A stretch of 64,000 nucleotides of DNA. It comes from Balanoglossus misakiensis (Eukaryota; Animalia; Hemichordata). This document shows positions 45,918 through 58,307 of the stretch, in pieces; within the stretch, counting starts at the first letter, position 1, and each line of letters begins with the position of its first letter. The stretch lies in NCBI GenBank assembly GCA_040954595.2, contig CM082577.2:7713846-7777845 (forward strand), given 5' to 3'. Both the position numbers and the translations under genes were made by a program. The notes beneath the pieces were generated by a model that worked only from the letters and a program-made list of their open reading frames with translations, was not told the DNA's origin and ran no database searches.

Positions 45918-48712
45918 GAGAACTTTTAACGACATTATAATTGTAATTTTTATCATTTTCATAAATCCAATTCATTTCAATATCTACGCTGCGTTTTTTA
46001 TCTGTCGGGTATAAGAAACATGCAGGGAAACTTGGTCATTTTTTTTGTCGCGGTTCACTTGGGCAAGTCTGAATACGGAGTGCTCAGCAGAGAGAAAGAT
46101 AAACTCGCTAAAACAGTGTCTTTCCGTCCGCATGACCAGCCAAGGAGCGAAAAAGTCGTTATTTAGGCCGTCATAAAACGTTTTTGTCGCCGAGGAGTGA
46201 ATAAAGAACGGTCAGATCGTTGCGGTGCAGGGAACTCTTATTTGCACCGCTGCGGTGCAAATAAGATCATTGGAGTTATGCTGCAATATAGTTCGGAAGA
46301 TTTCCGACTTTTTCGAGTACACATCGTGATGGCGAAGGGTTCAGGAAGGCCATCCTTTTACCTGAAGGTGTCAACTGATGTTGGTTCGAGACCACTTTTT
46401 TTCTTTTTCTTTATTTTTTGTGAGAACTTTTAACGACATTATCATTGTAATTTTTATCATTTTCATAAATCCAATTCATTTCAATATCTACGCTGCGTTT
46501 TTTATCTGTCGGGTATAAGAAACATGCAGGGAAACTTGGTCATTTTTTTTGTCGCGGTTCACTTGGGCAAGTCTGAATACGGAGTGCTCAGCAGAGAGAA
46601 AGATAAACTCGCTAAAACAGTGTCTTTCCGTCCGCATGACCAACCAAGGAGCGAAAAAGTCGTTATTTAGGCCGTCATAAAACGTTTTTGTCGCCGAGGA
46701 GTGAATAAAGAACGGTCAGATCGTTGCGGTGCAGGGAACTCTTATTTGCACCGCTGCGGTGCAAATAAGAATTTGCACCGCTGCGGTGCAAATAAGATCA
46801 TTGGAGTTATGCTGCAATATAGTGCGGAGAATTTCCGACTTTTCGAGTACACATCGTGATGGCGAAGGGTTCAGGAAGGCCATCCTTTTACCTGAAGGTG
46901 TCAACTGATGTTGGTTCGAGACCACTTTTTTTCTTTTTCTTTATTTTTTGTGAGAACTTTTAACGACATTATCATTGTAATTTTTATCATTTTCATAAAT
47001 CCAATTCATTTCAATATCTACGCTGTGTTTTTTATCTGTCGGGTATAAGAAACATGCAGGGAAACTTGGTCATTTTTTTTGTCGCGGTTCACTTGGGCAA
47101 GTCTGAATACGGAGTGCTCAGCAGAGAGAAAGATAAACTCGCTAAAACAGTGTCTTTCCGTCCGCATGACCAACCAAGGAGCGAAAAAGTCGTTATTTAG
47201 GCCGTCATAAAACGTTTTTGTCGCCGAGGAGTGAATAAAGAACGGTCAGATCGTTGCGGTGCAGGGAACTCTTATTTGCACCGCTGCGGTGCAAATAAGA
47301 ATTTGCACCGCTGCGGTGCAAATAAGATCATTGGAGTTATGCTGCAATATAGTGCGGAGAATTTCCGACTTTTCGAGTACACATCGTGATGGCGAAGGGT
47401 TCAGGAAGGCCATCCTTTTACCTGAAGGTGTCAACTGATGTTGGTTCGAGACCACTTTTTTTCTTTTTCTTTATTTTTTGTGAGAACTTTTAACGACATT
47501 ATCATTGTAATTTTTATCATTTTCATAAATCCAATTCATTTCAATATCTACGCTGTGTTTTTTATCTGTCGGGTATAAGAAACATGCAGGGAAACTTGGG
47601 TCATTTTTTTTGTCGCGGTTCACTTGGGCAAGTCTGAATACGGAGTGCTCAGCAGAGAGAAAGATAAACTCGCTAAAACAGTGTCTTTCCGTCCGCATGA
47701 CCAACCAAGGAGCGAAAAAGTCGTTATTTGGGCCGTCATGAAACGTTTTTGTCGCCGAGGAGTGAATAAAGAACGGTCAGATCGTTGCGGTGCAGGGAAC
47801 TCTTATTTGCACCGCTGCGGTGCAAATAAGAATTTGCACCGCTGCGGTGCAAATAAGATCATTGGAGTTATGCTGCAATATAGTGCGGAAAATTTCCGAA
47901 TTTTTCGAGTACACATCGTGTTGGCGAAGGGTTCAGGAAGGCTATCCTTTTACCTGAAGGTGTCAACTGATGTTGGTTCGAGACCGATCTTTTTTCTATT
48001 TCTTTTTTTTTTGTGAGAACTTTTAACGACATTATCATTGTAATTTTTTATCATTTTCCTAAATCCAATTCATTTCAATATCTACGCTGCGTTTTTTATC
48101 TGTCGGGTATAATAAACATGCAGGGAAACTTAGTCATTTTTTTTGTCGCGGTTCACTTGGGCAAGACTGAATACGGAGTGCTCAGCAGAGAGAAAGATAA
48201 ACTCGCTAAAACCGTGTCTTTCCGTCCGCATGACCAACCAAGCAGCGAAAAAGTCGTTATTTGGGCCGTCATAAAACGTTTTTGTCGCCGAGGAGAGAAT
48301 AAAGAACGGTCAGATCGTTGCGGTGCAGGGAACTCTTATTTGCACCGCTGCGATGCAAATAAGAATTTGCACCGCTGCGGTGCAAATAAGATCATTGGAG
48401 TTATGCTGCAATATAGTGCGGAAAATTTCCGACTTTTTCGAGTACACATCGTGATGGCGAAGGGTTCAGGAAGGCTATCCTTTTTTTACCTGAAGGTGTC
48501 AACTGATGTTGGTTCGAGACCGCTCTTTTATCTATTTCTTTTTTTGTGAGAACTTTTAACGACATTATCATTGTAATTTTTATCATTTTCATAAATCCAA
48601 TTCATTTCAATATCTACGCTGCGGTTTTTATCTGTCGGGGGTATAAGAAACATGCAGGAAAACTTGATCATTTTTCTTGTCGCGGTTACCTTTGGCAAGT
48701 CTGAATACGGAG
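45918..48712. repeat. Tandem array of ~530-bp units (5 full and 1 partial) with an internal 31-bp palindrome
   Basis: GAGAACTTTTAACGACATT recurs at 45918, 46422, 46952, 47482, 48015 and 48548 (periods 504, 530, 530, 533, 533); units are nearly identical. Palindrome TCTTATTTGCACCGC-T-GCGGTGCAAATAAGA first at 46236-46266. Confidence 0.98.
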
Positions 48713-49921
48713 GGTTAGGGTTAGGAATCCAAATTTTTGGCCCAATATTTGGAGTACCCTCAGCTGACCTTTGAAGTACTTACGTAGAAGTTCACTTTTG
48801 TTGTTGTTGTTGTTTTGTCACTGGTTGTGGTATTTGTACCTGTAGGACATCCATTTCGGGTGGTTGCCTACTTCCCCATATCTCCACATCCAGAGCAAAT
48901 ACAGCCTACGCATTTGAATGGTACAACCCTGAATGGAGTCTAATGGTTATTATCTCTATGCTTCGGCCCCTTCAATGCTGCTTGCATCTTTAATTTTTGT
49001 CAGGATTTCTTCCCAAAATGTGTGTCGACGCTTTTTTCACTCGACATGTATCATTTAAGCAGGCAGGATAAAAACGAATATTTAAATGTTTTGGGGGCTA
49101 CCCCGTTCATCGATTTTACATGCGATTAGGCTAATTGCGGCACCCGTTTTTCAAGCATATTGTAACACGATTTAGTTATCAAAAAATCATTTTTTTTCTC
49201 AGATTCCTCTTCAATAGGCCTATCAACCGAGAACACAACTTTGCCGACATTCTAAATGTGTAGTCCATCGGGGGGGGGGGGTGGTAAAAAGTTGGTAGTT
49301 CAGGTGAGCTATGCCAAAGGCGATCGACACGGAAGACGCTGACTCCAATGGCAGAATCTTGCATCATTGCTCGAAATAGCTCTTTCCTCCTTGCTCTAGT
49401 CTTTGTGTAATTGCACACTTTTTGACGGAGATCATATTGATGCGACACGACATAGGCCTAATACTTAAAACTCACCACAATCATCACCTTGCACAGCACG
49501 ATCACGGCCGATACGACATGATGTGATAAGATGGGCATAGTACGACTAAAAAGATGTTTGAGCATTTTCCACACCATTGCGAAACGACAAGCCGTGCACA
49601 CACTGTGTTTTTTTTAAGATTAGCCGATGCCAAATTTTAGGAAAAATGCAAAACAATTCCGGTCACTGGCTAATCCTGTGTTAGGTTTGTATCTTTTCAC
49701 AGCCTGTTGCCGCTCACGCATCATTCGTTTTACGTCAGTCATCGACAATCCTAATTTCCTGCCAGCTGTCGAAGATAGTACAGTGACCACGCACCTGTAG
49801 AGTTCCTCTACTTTTTCTGTCTTCGCTTTGACTCCTTGAAGTACCTTTCTAGCAGATGGATAACAGACAAGCTCATCGCCCCCACCTTACCAAAGCCGGA
49901 CACTCACGCCATAGTCGAAGT

Positions 49922-50151
49922 CACAGGCGCTTGTACAGACGCTATTTCAGTTTTTTAATAATTGTAAAATGACTAAAAACGGTCTAAAAAGAGATTCTTT
50001 ATGTGTCAGTGGGGTATAGGCCCAGGCCCGAACATAGCGAGAGCGCTCGTTTGACGCAAAGTCGGGACATCGTCTAAGCTACCGATTTATCGTTTTTAGT
50101 CACTTTACAATTATTAAAAAAAATGAAATAGCATCTGTACAAGCGCCTGTG
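49922..50151. mobile_element. 230-bp MITE with ~60-bp TIRs and 8-bp TSD (hAT- or P-like)
   Basis: gtcgaagt|CACAGGCGCTTGTACAGACGCTATTTCA...TGAAATAGCATCTGTACAAGCGCCTGTG|gtcgaagt; TSD at 49914-49921 and 50152-50159. Confidence 0.9.
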
Positions 50152-50337
50152 GTCGAAGTAGGGCCAAACATGCCTAAGTTGTAGCCGAGGTTCCACGGGG
50201 AAACACAATTAAATGTGCATTTGAAGTCAAAAATGATCGGTCGGTTCTTAATCCTGATTTTGCATCAAGCTAGATACATATCAGTCGGGCTACAGAAAAC
50301 CTATGTAATGTCAGTCACGATAAAATGAAAATAAACA

Positions 50338-50541
50338 GCAAACAGATCCAACCAATATACTTGTAACCACGGTCACTCCGACCGTGATCTAATCAAACAC
50401 AGTCCCTCTATCATCAAATCAAATTGAAGTCCTGTACATGTAAACTGTATTTACGGAGGCGTCATTATTTACGGCCCAGAAAAAGGTCGGTCATTTAACC
50501 TACGACATATCCTGATAAAAATTCTGAGTAACACACTGAAA
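50338..50541 (+). repeat. Dispersed hairpin-containing repeat, copy 2
   Basis: Matches 44401-44591 (GCAAACAGATCCAAC...CACGGTCACTCCGACCGTG...GAGTAACACACTGAAA) with a short internal length difference. Confidence 0.85.
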
Positions 50542-50826
50542 CGTGCTGTCTATTTACCTTCCTTTTAGGAAAACAGTCGAACTGTTATCTTTCCCGGCTC
50601 AGTGTGTTACATGACGAACATTCACACACTTTAGGAATTAAGGTGTCCATCACAGCGTGTTGGCCAGCTGCTTGTATTTCTATAGGGAGCGAGATGCTAT
50701 GGCAAAAAGTCTGACGTAGATAGCACTATGGCAACATGAATTAAGGTCTCTTGAGTTTTGCCTGATTCTCACTAGCTAGAGGCCCATCGTTGAAACCCGT
50801 CTCAATCGCTCTTGTCTCTAGGGAAG

Positions 50827-53800
50827 ATGGCGTACACTATACTTCTATTGGCCTGTCTGGCTGCCACGTTTGATTTCTCTGCCCCAGCTACTGTTCACGT
50901 CATGAAACGAGATCCAGAAGAACTTCAGGTGCGTGGTTTTCGGGTTCAGTTTTTCCCATCCTTACATCACATTTTTTATATAGTTTCACTTTGATTTGCA
51001 TGTTACTTAAAGTTTATCATCTTCCAATTATGCCTGATAACAGTTATGTCGTTGCATTGATGGATGTCCAGCAAAAAAGTCGGGAGAAATCTGATTTTAT
51101 GTTATGATGAAAGTGTTGTCCTTTATTGGGCTCAGTAGAATTCATTGTTATACCACTTTTGCCACGAGTAAAGCCGCTGGTCTTTCTTCTTTGATGCACT
51201 TGGCAAGATAGGTCAACGTTTAGCCATGAAAAAAGTTATTTAAATCAATTAATCTGTGGGAATACTCCCGAGCAACGGTGTAAGCGGTTTAATATTCCAT
51301 CAACCATGTTAACTTGTCTTTTCAAATAATCTGTGGCAGTTAATGTAACATTGGTTCAAAGCATAGAGGCGATCGCAAAATGCTCGAGTTTGTCCTGACT
51401 TCAAGGTGGGGGCAATATTCATATTGATATTTTTCTGATTTTATGTATGTTGTATGCCAATTGATTTTAGAAACAAAAACATTTTACTTATAGGTGTAAA
51501 ATGAAAAGGTGTGTTCAATAAACAATTATGGAACCTCAACTGAAAAAGTCACTATTCATATATAAAACTGAATGCTTGTATACAGATACCAATGGTTCCA
51601 CTGGCCGATGTAATAGCCGAACTTGATGCGAGACGAAATAACGTGGTCAAACGACAAGAAGAGGAGGTCACGATATTACCGGAGAGTACGTCAACTTGCA
51701 ATTATCGCCCGACCGTGTATAGCTAATATCGCAGTAAAGCATAATTTTCTTCGTAATTTCCTAGTTTTGAATTCATTTATAGGATGGTATAGTGAGTAGA
51801 CCTACCATAGAAATAATTAGCGTAAAGACGATTATACCATTCCCCTCAGTGACACCCATAGCGGTATAGGGATATCAAATAGTGTACACTCTCTTGTCAT
51901 AAGTCATAACGCGCCATGTAGTGACGAGGCAGTAACATAGAGTAAACATCAATCTCTTCCCAGCACCAACTTTAGCCTACCAGACATACCGAACGTGTAA
52001 CTACATCATATTAGCGGTGATCGACTTTTCGGCAGGCGGAGGAGGCGTGCCCGTTTTCGATGGCGGCAACATGTCGTATGTAGTCTACCTGGCTGGAAAT
52101 CCCCCTTCGCCACCCGTGTTTTCAGTTGCCACTCAGCTGGAGGGACTCAATCCGCTGTTCCCAGTTTTCATATCGGCATGGGCGGGACCATTCCCGTTGT
52201 GCAGCGACTTAGTTATCAACGTCACCTTGTCAAATGTCGATGGAACGTTAACGAGAGCAGCATCTTTCCACAGAAAGCTTGGTGAGTGATACTTGGACAG
52301 ACTTGGCAAAATGTAAATAATAAAAAAAAATGAGTGAGTGCCTGGGTGCGTGGATAGATAGATGGAAGAGTTGATGAACCATACATACAAAGTGCCTTTC
52401 CTTCTTATACTATACTATGCTATGCTATGCTATATGCTATGCCATACACTAAAAACCTTCTTGTCTTTCATGCATTTAGCGTGTAGTTGTCGTACGGGTG
52501 GTGCCAGTGGTGATCCTCACGTGAAGTCGGCTGACCACCAAGGGGTAAACGTTAACGGTCCCTGTAAATATGTCCTAGTCGAGGATTGTGAAAACCATCC
52601 CCCAGCATGGAAGATCACAATGACCAATGGTAACTTGTTTGGACGTACCCGCTCACGACGAGTTCAGTGTGCTAGCCTAACGATGCACAACCACACCGTC
52701 GATCTTTACCCAAATGGAAATGCTTCAGTGAGTTTCTTGCGTTTGCATTAATATTCAATTTTGATAAATATACAATTTTTTTTTTGTAATTTCCATCTAG
52801 AAATCATGCAGTACAAATGTGGGCAAAATCCTAGAGATTTAATGTGCTGTAGTAAAGTGACGCTAGGATAAATGTAACAAAACGAGTATTTGTACAAATC
52901 CGGAAAAAAAAAATCAAGCGTGCATGTGTAGCAAAGTAGAAGTATATTCTTAATTTTCTCGTGTTGAGACCCTATTCAGGGTTATCTTGAGTAGCCCTAA
53001 TATTTGTCATGTTTTCATTATTTCATGTGTTTACTTTCAAACATCTAACGTTGTATTTAAATGAGCTTACTGATTGGTGCACACAAACATATTATCAACC
53101 CCTGGCTGTGGCTGTATACTTAGATATGAACAAGTCAATCAATAAACGAGTGCTGCACCCTTTTATTCAGTCGCCCATTGCAGTCGAACACACAAATTGC
53201 GGTATACGCAAATGCGCAGTAGAATCCCAATAACGTAAAACATGCGTCGTTTGTCGAGTAAGGATGAGATTTAAGCATTGTATCGATTACAGTGCATTGT
53301 AAATCCTTAAAGGACACCTATCAGGGCTTTACTTTACGACATGAACCGGTTACCTTGTGTATAACGAGACCTAAATCATGAAGTATCATTAAGTTTTTTT
53401 TTTCTTACTCAGTGCGATGGTATGGATGTGCATAATGGGATGACTCCAGATTTCAAAATTGCCATACTTGCCGCCCCTGAAACGACCGGCATGTATGTAT
53501 CGTCCTACGAAGACAAAGTATACTTGGAAATGACCGCCAGTTATTCAATTGTAGTAGGCTTCTTGGAGCAATACATGAAGGGAGCTACATGCGGTCTCAT
53601 GGGTAACAACAACGGCATTAAGGACGACGACTTTAACTTCAACGGGAACACCAATACGGACCCCAGCGAATTCGTGAATTATTGGACGGAGAGGTAGGCG
53701 TTCTTGTTGTGCCACACGTGATCACATCACGTGGGGTAATATTACACCGTTTTCTCTGTGTTTGTTTGTTTGTTTGTTTGTGTCTGTCTGTCTGTCTGTC

Positions 53801-54102
53801 TGTCTTTTTAATACAGGATATCTCAAGAACGGTTGATCAGATTTTGATCAAATTTGGCGTACGTTTACACTAGAATGAGACAAAAATTAACAAACTTGTG
53901 CAATTATCATTTTAAATTCAGGACTCCAGCGCTGAATATGGCGAAATTTGCTCAAAGACACTGATTTTATATATTATGTACACGTAGCTTAAAATGTATA
54001 ACAGAGGTTGCACTGAAAAAATGATGAGTGTAGTGGCAAAATCAACTCTTCTATAATTTCTTTCTTTTGTTTATCTTCTGCTGCAGCTGCCGTAAGGAAT
54101 GA
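50827..54102 (+). CDS. Secreted single-VWD-domain proprotein A (signal, KR propeptide, unknown ~105-aa domain, GDPH-VWD), 6 exons, 354 aa
   Basis: Exons 50827-50928, 51586-51685, 51964-52281, 52480-52727, 53413-53693, 54087-54102 total 1065 nt. Signal MAYTILLLACLAATF; VVKR|Q; CSCRTGGASGDPHVKSADH..GPCKYVLVEDC; TCGLMGNNNGIKDDDF...FVNYW (VWD C-terminal motif); ends SCRKE*. Confidence 0.88.
53707..53990 (+). mobile_element. Non-autonomous Helentron-like (HINE/DINE-type) insertion in intron 5 of VWD gene A
   Basis: Hairpin CACGTGAT-CAC-ATCACGTG (53715-53733), then (TTTG)n(TCTG)n, then GATATCTCAAGAACGG..GATTTTGATCAAATTTGG; the 3' boundary is approximate. Confidence 0.55.
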
Positions 54103-55044
54103 GCTCAAATTGGACATTTTGCATGGGAGCAGCGTAGCTGTGAGCTTCTTCACCTCCTCAAAGAGTGTGGCAAAAACAATCCTGGCGCACATCGTATTCA
54201 ATGGAAAGGACAGCTTTGAATTTCATTATATGCGAATTCATTGCTTAAGTATTTTTTTTTCGCTTTCTTCACGCAAAGCCCCCAACTAGCCAGGGTAGCT
54301 GAATATATTAATAAGTTTTCCGGAATTTTAGAAACGGTTTAGCTAAATAAAATAATCATGGTATCTTTTGAGAATATTCAATTTTGGTTGATGTTCCTGG
54401 ACATGTATTCCCAGAATTTGGCGCCCAAAAAAGTGTTACGTGTTCATCGAGAGAAAGACAAACGTTTGTTTATGTGACCTTGAGAGCTTCCTTGCAATGC
54501 AGAGTAATCACATTTGCGTGATGACTGGTGTGGAATTTGGCAAATGATGCTTATTGTGATTATGATAGAAAGAAATAAGAAATAGCATACCAATTTATGT
54601 ATACTCATATATGGATGAAGGAACCTGTCTAAGACTTGGGTGACCTTGCGGCGGCGTATTTTATTTTAGCGTGGCCACCAAGTCAAAATCCGTGGTTGCA
54701 CATGTCTCATCTTTACCTTTAATGAATACTGCCCCATTATGACTACTTCAAGCTTTATTTCATTTACTGAGCTGGTTAAAGAAGAGTAAACTAAAAGTTA
54801 CAATGCAAATCACAGATATAGCTTACTGAGCGGTTCATTGGATACGTATATCCGCTTTGTTATTGTAAGACCGTTTCCATGTTGGTGCATTTATATAATA
54901 ATGTGATGAGCGGAACTGAATTTGCAGAAAACATGCTTAGTAGGAGAACTGAAGAATTTCAATACAGCCAAAAAAGCTCCTCATTATAATTCTGTACTGT
55001 GTCCAGCTGACTTCCCACGGTTACCACTGAAACAATAACTGGAT

Positions 55045-58000
55045 CTAACTCTCAGCAGACTGGCAGCTGTAGCAAACAAAGTAAATATTAACGATATTGT
55101 TAGTACGAGATCATGCTTCTGTACGGCTTGCACGTAAATATCCGAACTGTGCGCTCTGTTCAAGATGGAAAAAATAAAATTCCCAGACTGTTTAATCAAT
55201 AATGCCCGCTTGGACGAAGACGGGTAAACGCGAGATTTGCTTCCTTTGTTTGGTTTAACCTCACATTTCCCCCGATGCATGCTAGTTCAGGAGCCCGTTT
55301 TACCACAGCTAGCCGTGCTAAAACATCGTTTTACCACAGCTAGCCGTGCTAAAACAGTATTTTAAGCATCGCTAGATTGAGCTCTCGCCCGGCTAATCAA
55401 AATGGCGGGCGCTAGCATGATATACTAGTAAATGTAATATGATTTTAATGACAGTATTATACATGGCAGGACAGGTAACTACACGATGTACGGTTCATGT
55501 ATATCTGTTTTAAAAGCACCATATCATGTATGGAATGGTTATATTCGGATGCCTTAACAGTAATTGAAGAAAAGTAGACACGACTTTTCAACGTACAATT
55601 GGAAACCATAACGGGATGTATCGAGTGCGGGTAAAACATACCTGCCAGGCACGATCCAGTGGTTCATAAATACGACAGGGTCGACATTGGCGTTTCCATT
55701 AAAGAAGAAGTCATCGCTCTTGTCGCCGTTGTAGTTACCAAACATACCACACGATTCCAGCCCCATCTCTTCGACCTTAACGCCGTACTCAATTCTGTAG
55801 TCGCCGTAGACACCAAAGAACATCGTATCTTCATAGTTGATTGCCACTTTCCCGCTGGGGTGGTCGGGGGACGGGAAAACCGCAAACGTGTTATCCGCAG
55901 CCATACTGTAGTCGCTATTCTGAGCGGACACCACGTCATCGACAGTTATCTAATTGCGCGAAAAAAAGTAAATATATTCAAGCACATCCAAGTTGATAGC
56001 GACGACTGGGGATGCTACTGAAAAATCTGGAAAAGGTTTTTTTTTATTGTTTTTATAGGGTGTTGTTAATGCAAATGCATTTCAGTTCAAGTCACTACAA
56101 AACGCTGCAATGCCTACTGTCGATTTTATGAACTTGTGCACCCATGAATCAAATAATACAAATTTAATTTACGACCGTTAATTATTGCTTACGGGCTTGG
56201 GGCTGTTTTCCAAAGTTGCTGTAACTGTACATTTAACACACACAATGTGCACTTTTGTTATCAAGTTAAATATTAGGTGCTTCAACATTTAATTCTGGAC
56301 CGGAGAACTATGCATGAACGATCGTTTTGGAAATAATGGCTATCAAAACTGAAAGTCCCAGGCTTTGTGTATAAATGAGGCCAACGCAACAGCCGCGAGA
56401 TACTCACTTCAGTGACTCCATTTGGAAATATTTCAACACTGTTGTTGTACATGTTCAATTTGCCGCACTCAACTCTCCGACTGCCGCTCCGTCCAAGCAA
56501 GTCACCGTTCGTCATCACAAGGGTCCATTCCGGGGGAGTGTTGAAACAGTCTTGAGCAAGGATGAATTGACACTTTTTGTTGACGTTGATTGTGGAGCCG
56601 TCCAAAGTTTGTACGTGGGGATCACCATACCCTTGACCGGTCGGGCATCTACAAGCTGAAGGCGAGAAGGAGACAAAAGGGAACTCTAAGACGCAAATTG
56701 GCAGTTTATAATATTTCAACTATCGGAATGCGAGGAACTGAAGATAAATGACCTTCAATGCGATTTGTCTTTTTTTTTCACAGCCAACTGAAATTTTACA
56801 TTGTCTGCAAGCTGTAGAAAGAAACACGTGAGTTATTTTGTTACACTGGGCAATATTGTTTTCTTTGGCAATTTTCACTCACTCACTCACCCCCACACCC
56901 ACCCACCCACTCACTCACTCACTCACTCACTCATCAACAACAACAACAACTCGCTTGACATTTGTTAGCAAGTCACTCATTCAATTTCAAGTAGGGCCTA
57001 GCTAAATAATTTCTTGTGACTAATGTGTAATCATAGACCCTGAAGAAATGTGGTTTAATTATCACTCACCAATCTTTCTGGCGAAAGCTGCATGTCTCAT
57101 CACCGTTCCATCGGCATTTGACAAGGTGACGTTGATAACTAAGTTACTGCACAACGGGAATCGTTCTGACCATGCCGATACGAAAACTGGGTAGAGCGGA
57201 TTGACTCCCTCCAGCTGAGTGACAACTGAAAACACGGGTGGCGAAGGGGGATTTCCAGCCAGGTAGACAACATACGACATATTGCCGCCATCGAAAACGG
57301 GCACGCCTCCTCCGCCTGCCGAATAGTCGATCACCACTATTAAGATGTGATTACACGTTCGGTATGTCCCGTAGGCTAAAGTTGGTGCTGGGAAGAAATT
57401 GATATATTCATAAAAAGAGTGCCCTGTCACGGGTCATAGGTTACTATGACAAATTTTATTCACGCACTGAATCTCCAAAACCCTGGACCCATGAATCTGT
57501 TCAAGTCGATTTCGCAAAATGGAATACAAGTCACCTGAAAATTTGAAGAAAAAATCCACGTGACCCTGCGAGATCTCGTTATACGTTGTAACACACGAAC
57601 TCTGCGCCTATTCTAGTTTCGTTCAAAGCTTGACAGCAACCCATTGCAAGTCTCGTGAGATCTCGCTATGAGTGAAATCTGTTCCACCGATATGGCCTAA
57701 AATGAATAAGTAGTCGACATATACCATATACCCATAAAACTCTATCTCTGGCTTGATGTTAAATACCACAGTGCGATTACATGGCATGATCATGAACTTA
57801 CTCTCCGGAAACCCTTCCAATGGAGCCTGTCGCTTGTCCATGTTTGTGTGTGGATTCATTTGGGCTATTATATCAGCCAGTGGAACAAACGGTATCTGTA
57901 AGCAAGAACGATCAAAAGAAAATCAACGTAGAATGGGCAAAATTAAGCTTTGAGCACATCGGGCATGTATGTGTCTATAAAAAAAATAACAGCACTGAAG

Positions 58001-58307
58001 AAGGATGTCCGATCGGTACTTTCAATTAGACCACGGTAATGCGCAGCGCGTGCCTTTTTGAGGTATCTTGGTGTGCTCAGAACGGACAAATATGAAAACA
58101 GCCGACATATTTTTTTTTCAGCTCTGTGGAATAAACTGATGTTTGCTAATGATTGCCATTATGGAAATAAATCAGACGTCAAATATGTCAAAATCCAAAC
58201 TTTACCTGAATTTCTTCTGCGTCTTGTTTCATTTGTACAGTCGCCGAAGCACAGCCTTTAAGCAAGACGACCAGGCCGACCAAAAGAATAGTGTACGCCA
58301 TCGTCAT
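55045..58307 (-). CDS. Secreted single-VWD-domain proprotein B (inverted paralog of A), 6 exons, 363 aa
   Basis: Exons 58307-58206, 57895-57802, 57387-57070, 56655-56408, 55949-55642, 55066-55045 total 1092 nt. Same intron phases as A; exons 3 and 4 have the same lengths (318, 248 nt). MTMAYTILLVGLVVLLKGCASA; MDKR|Q; CRCPTGQGYGDPHVQTLDG; SCGMFGNYNGDKSDDF...FMNHW; ends SCQSAES*. Confidence 0.88.
55296..55356. repeat. Short tandem duplication (2 x 30 bp) in the last intron of VWD gene B
   Basis: CGTTTTACCACAGCTAGCCGTGCTAAAACA twice, separated by one base, between short inverted CATGCTAG/CTAGCATG motifs. Confidence 0.85.

Noticed and set aside
46197-48592. Repeated ORFs in the tandem array, and the array as a CRISPR or protein repeat
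   Set aside because: ORF limits change between units through stops and indels. Units are ~530 bp with no unique spacers, there are no cas genes, and the context is eukaryotic.
49922-49930. CACAG terminus as an RSS, Transib or ProtoRAG end
   Set aside because: TSD is 8 bp rather than 5 bp, the heptamer is not CACAGTG/CACTATG, and no nonamer is evident.
57623-57801. ORF continuation (KFMIMPCNRTVVFNIKPEIEFYGYMV...) after VWD-B exon 2
   Set aside because: A strong GTAAGT donor at 57801 matches the paralog's intron position and phase, so this is intron run-on.
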